Below are positions 63,261 to 64,000 of a stretch of 64,000 nucleotides of DNA, piece after piece. Numbering within the stretch: position 1 is the stretch's first letter; every line of letters begins with the position of its first letter. Source of the DNA: Sminthopsis crassicaudata (Eukaryota); assembly GCF_048593235.1 (NCBI RefSeq), contig NC_133618.1, positions 202,358,221 to 202,422,220 of the forward strand, read 5' to 3'. The notes under the pieces are model-generated. The model saw only the letters and a program-made list of their open reading frames with translations. It did not search any database and was not told the origin of the DNA. The position numbers were made by a program, and so were the translations under genes.

Positions 63261-64000
63261 TGATTTATGCATTTTCCCATTTCTATTTTTCAAAGCAACG
63301 AGGGCAAGGAATATTTATAATTGCCCATGTTTGGAACTGTTACTCTTCAAGTACTTTCCAAGAGTGTAGTCTAATGGAAAGACTATTGTATTTGGAATTA
63401 GTTTCTGGATTAAAATTCCGACTTTGCTACTTAAAGTACTACTTATATGTCCTTGACTGTTTTTTAACTTTTCAAGACTACTTATATTATGTGTGACTTG
63501 AAAGGAAATAGGATGGATCACCTTTAAAGCCCTTTAAAAAACTTGAAGTTTAGTATCTAACAATCAGGTAGAAATAAATGTATTCAATTTATAGGCAAAA
63601 ATATTAAGGCAGAATTTAAATAGCTTGACCAACATTTTACTCAGATATTGTCAAAGCCTCAAATTCAAGTCCCTTGATTTTCAAAGTACCTTTTTATGAC
63701 ACTATAATTTTTCCTGTGTTAAAATTAAAATTTACATTTGGTTAACAAGGGATGTATTTTGAATCAATTAAATATGCACATGCTTACAAAGAGATCCAAA
63801 ACTTTTATATAAGAGATGATGAGAGTGTGTGGATAGATTATGATCTACAATGATAGGTAAGGGTGAGGATGGGAATACTCAAATTGATGAAATGACAAAT
63901 ACATCAAAATATGAATTGTATACTATACAGAAAAATAATATAGAAAACCTTGTGTTTTCCTTAACTAAAAATAAGTTAAGGTGATAATTAGTTAAGATTA

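Noticed and set aside
1-64000. tRNA, snRNA or rRNA genes, CRISPR arrays, CpG islands, NUMTs, processed pseudogenes, ERV internal genes
   Set aside because: None seen. tRNA-like A/B boxes are all SINE heads, the only CpG-rich patch is an LTR, and no gag/pol/env, mitochondrial or mRNA-like tract was recognised. Highly decayed copies could be missed by eye.

Overview
AT-rich, CpG-depleted marsupial genomic DNA from a gapped draft scaffold with four N-runs. A WSINE1 copy and the L1 3' end type point to an Australian marsupial, most likely a dasyurid such as the Tasmanian devil (inference). I recognise no protein-coding exon, RNA gene, CpG island or CRISPR array. The ORF-track entries are gap, microsatellite, TE or chance ORFs. 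The window reads as intronic or intergenic and is dense in transposable elements of many ages: CR1/L3, L2, MIR/Mar1 CORE-SINEs, RTE/BovB-type pieces, L1 fragments, an ORF1-only HAL1-like element, an ORF2-deleted L1, a MER63-like hAT MITE, two solo LTRs and a WSINE1. Several insertions show target-site duplications (TSDs). The best non-repeat lead is a candidate minus-strand promoter and non-coding first exon at about 43.2-43.9 kb with HNF1, HNF4, NR5A/ERR and NF-kB motifs. Candidate short exons lie downstream on the same strand (27, 109 and 15 nt), but these are motif-level hypotheses only. I found no convincing novel biological system. Repeat families were recognised by eye, so names are approximate and boundaries without TSDs are about +/-30 bp.
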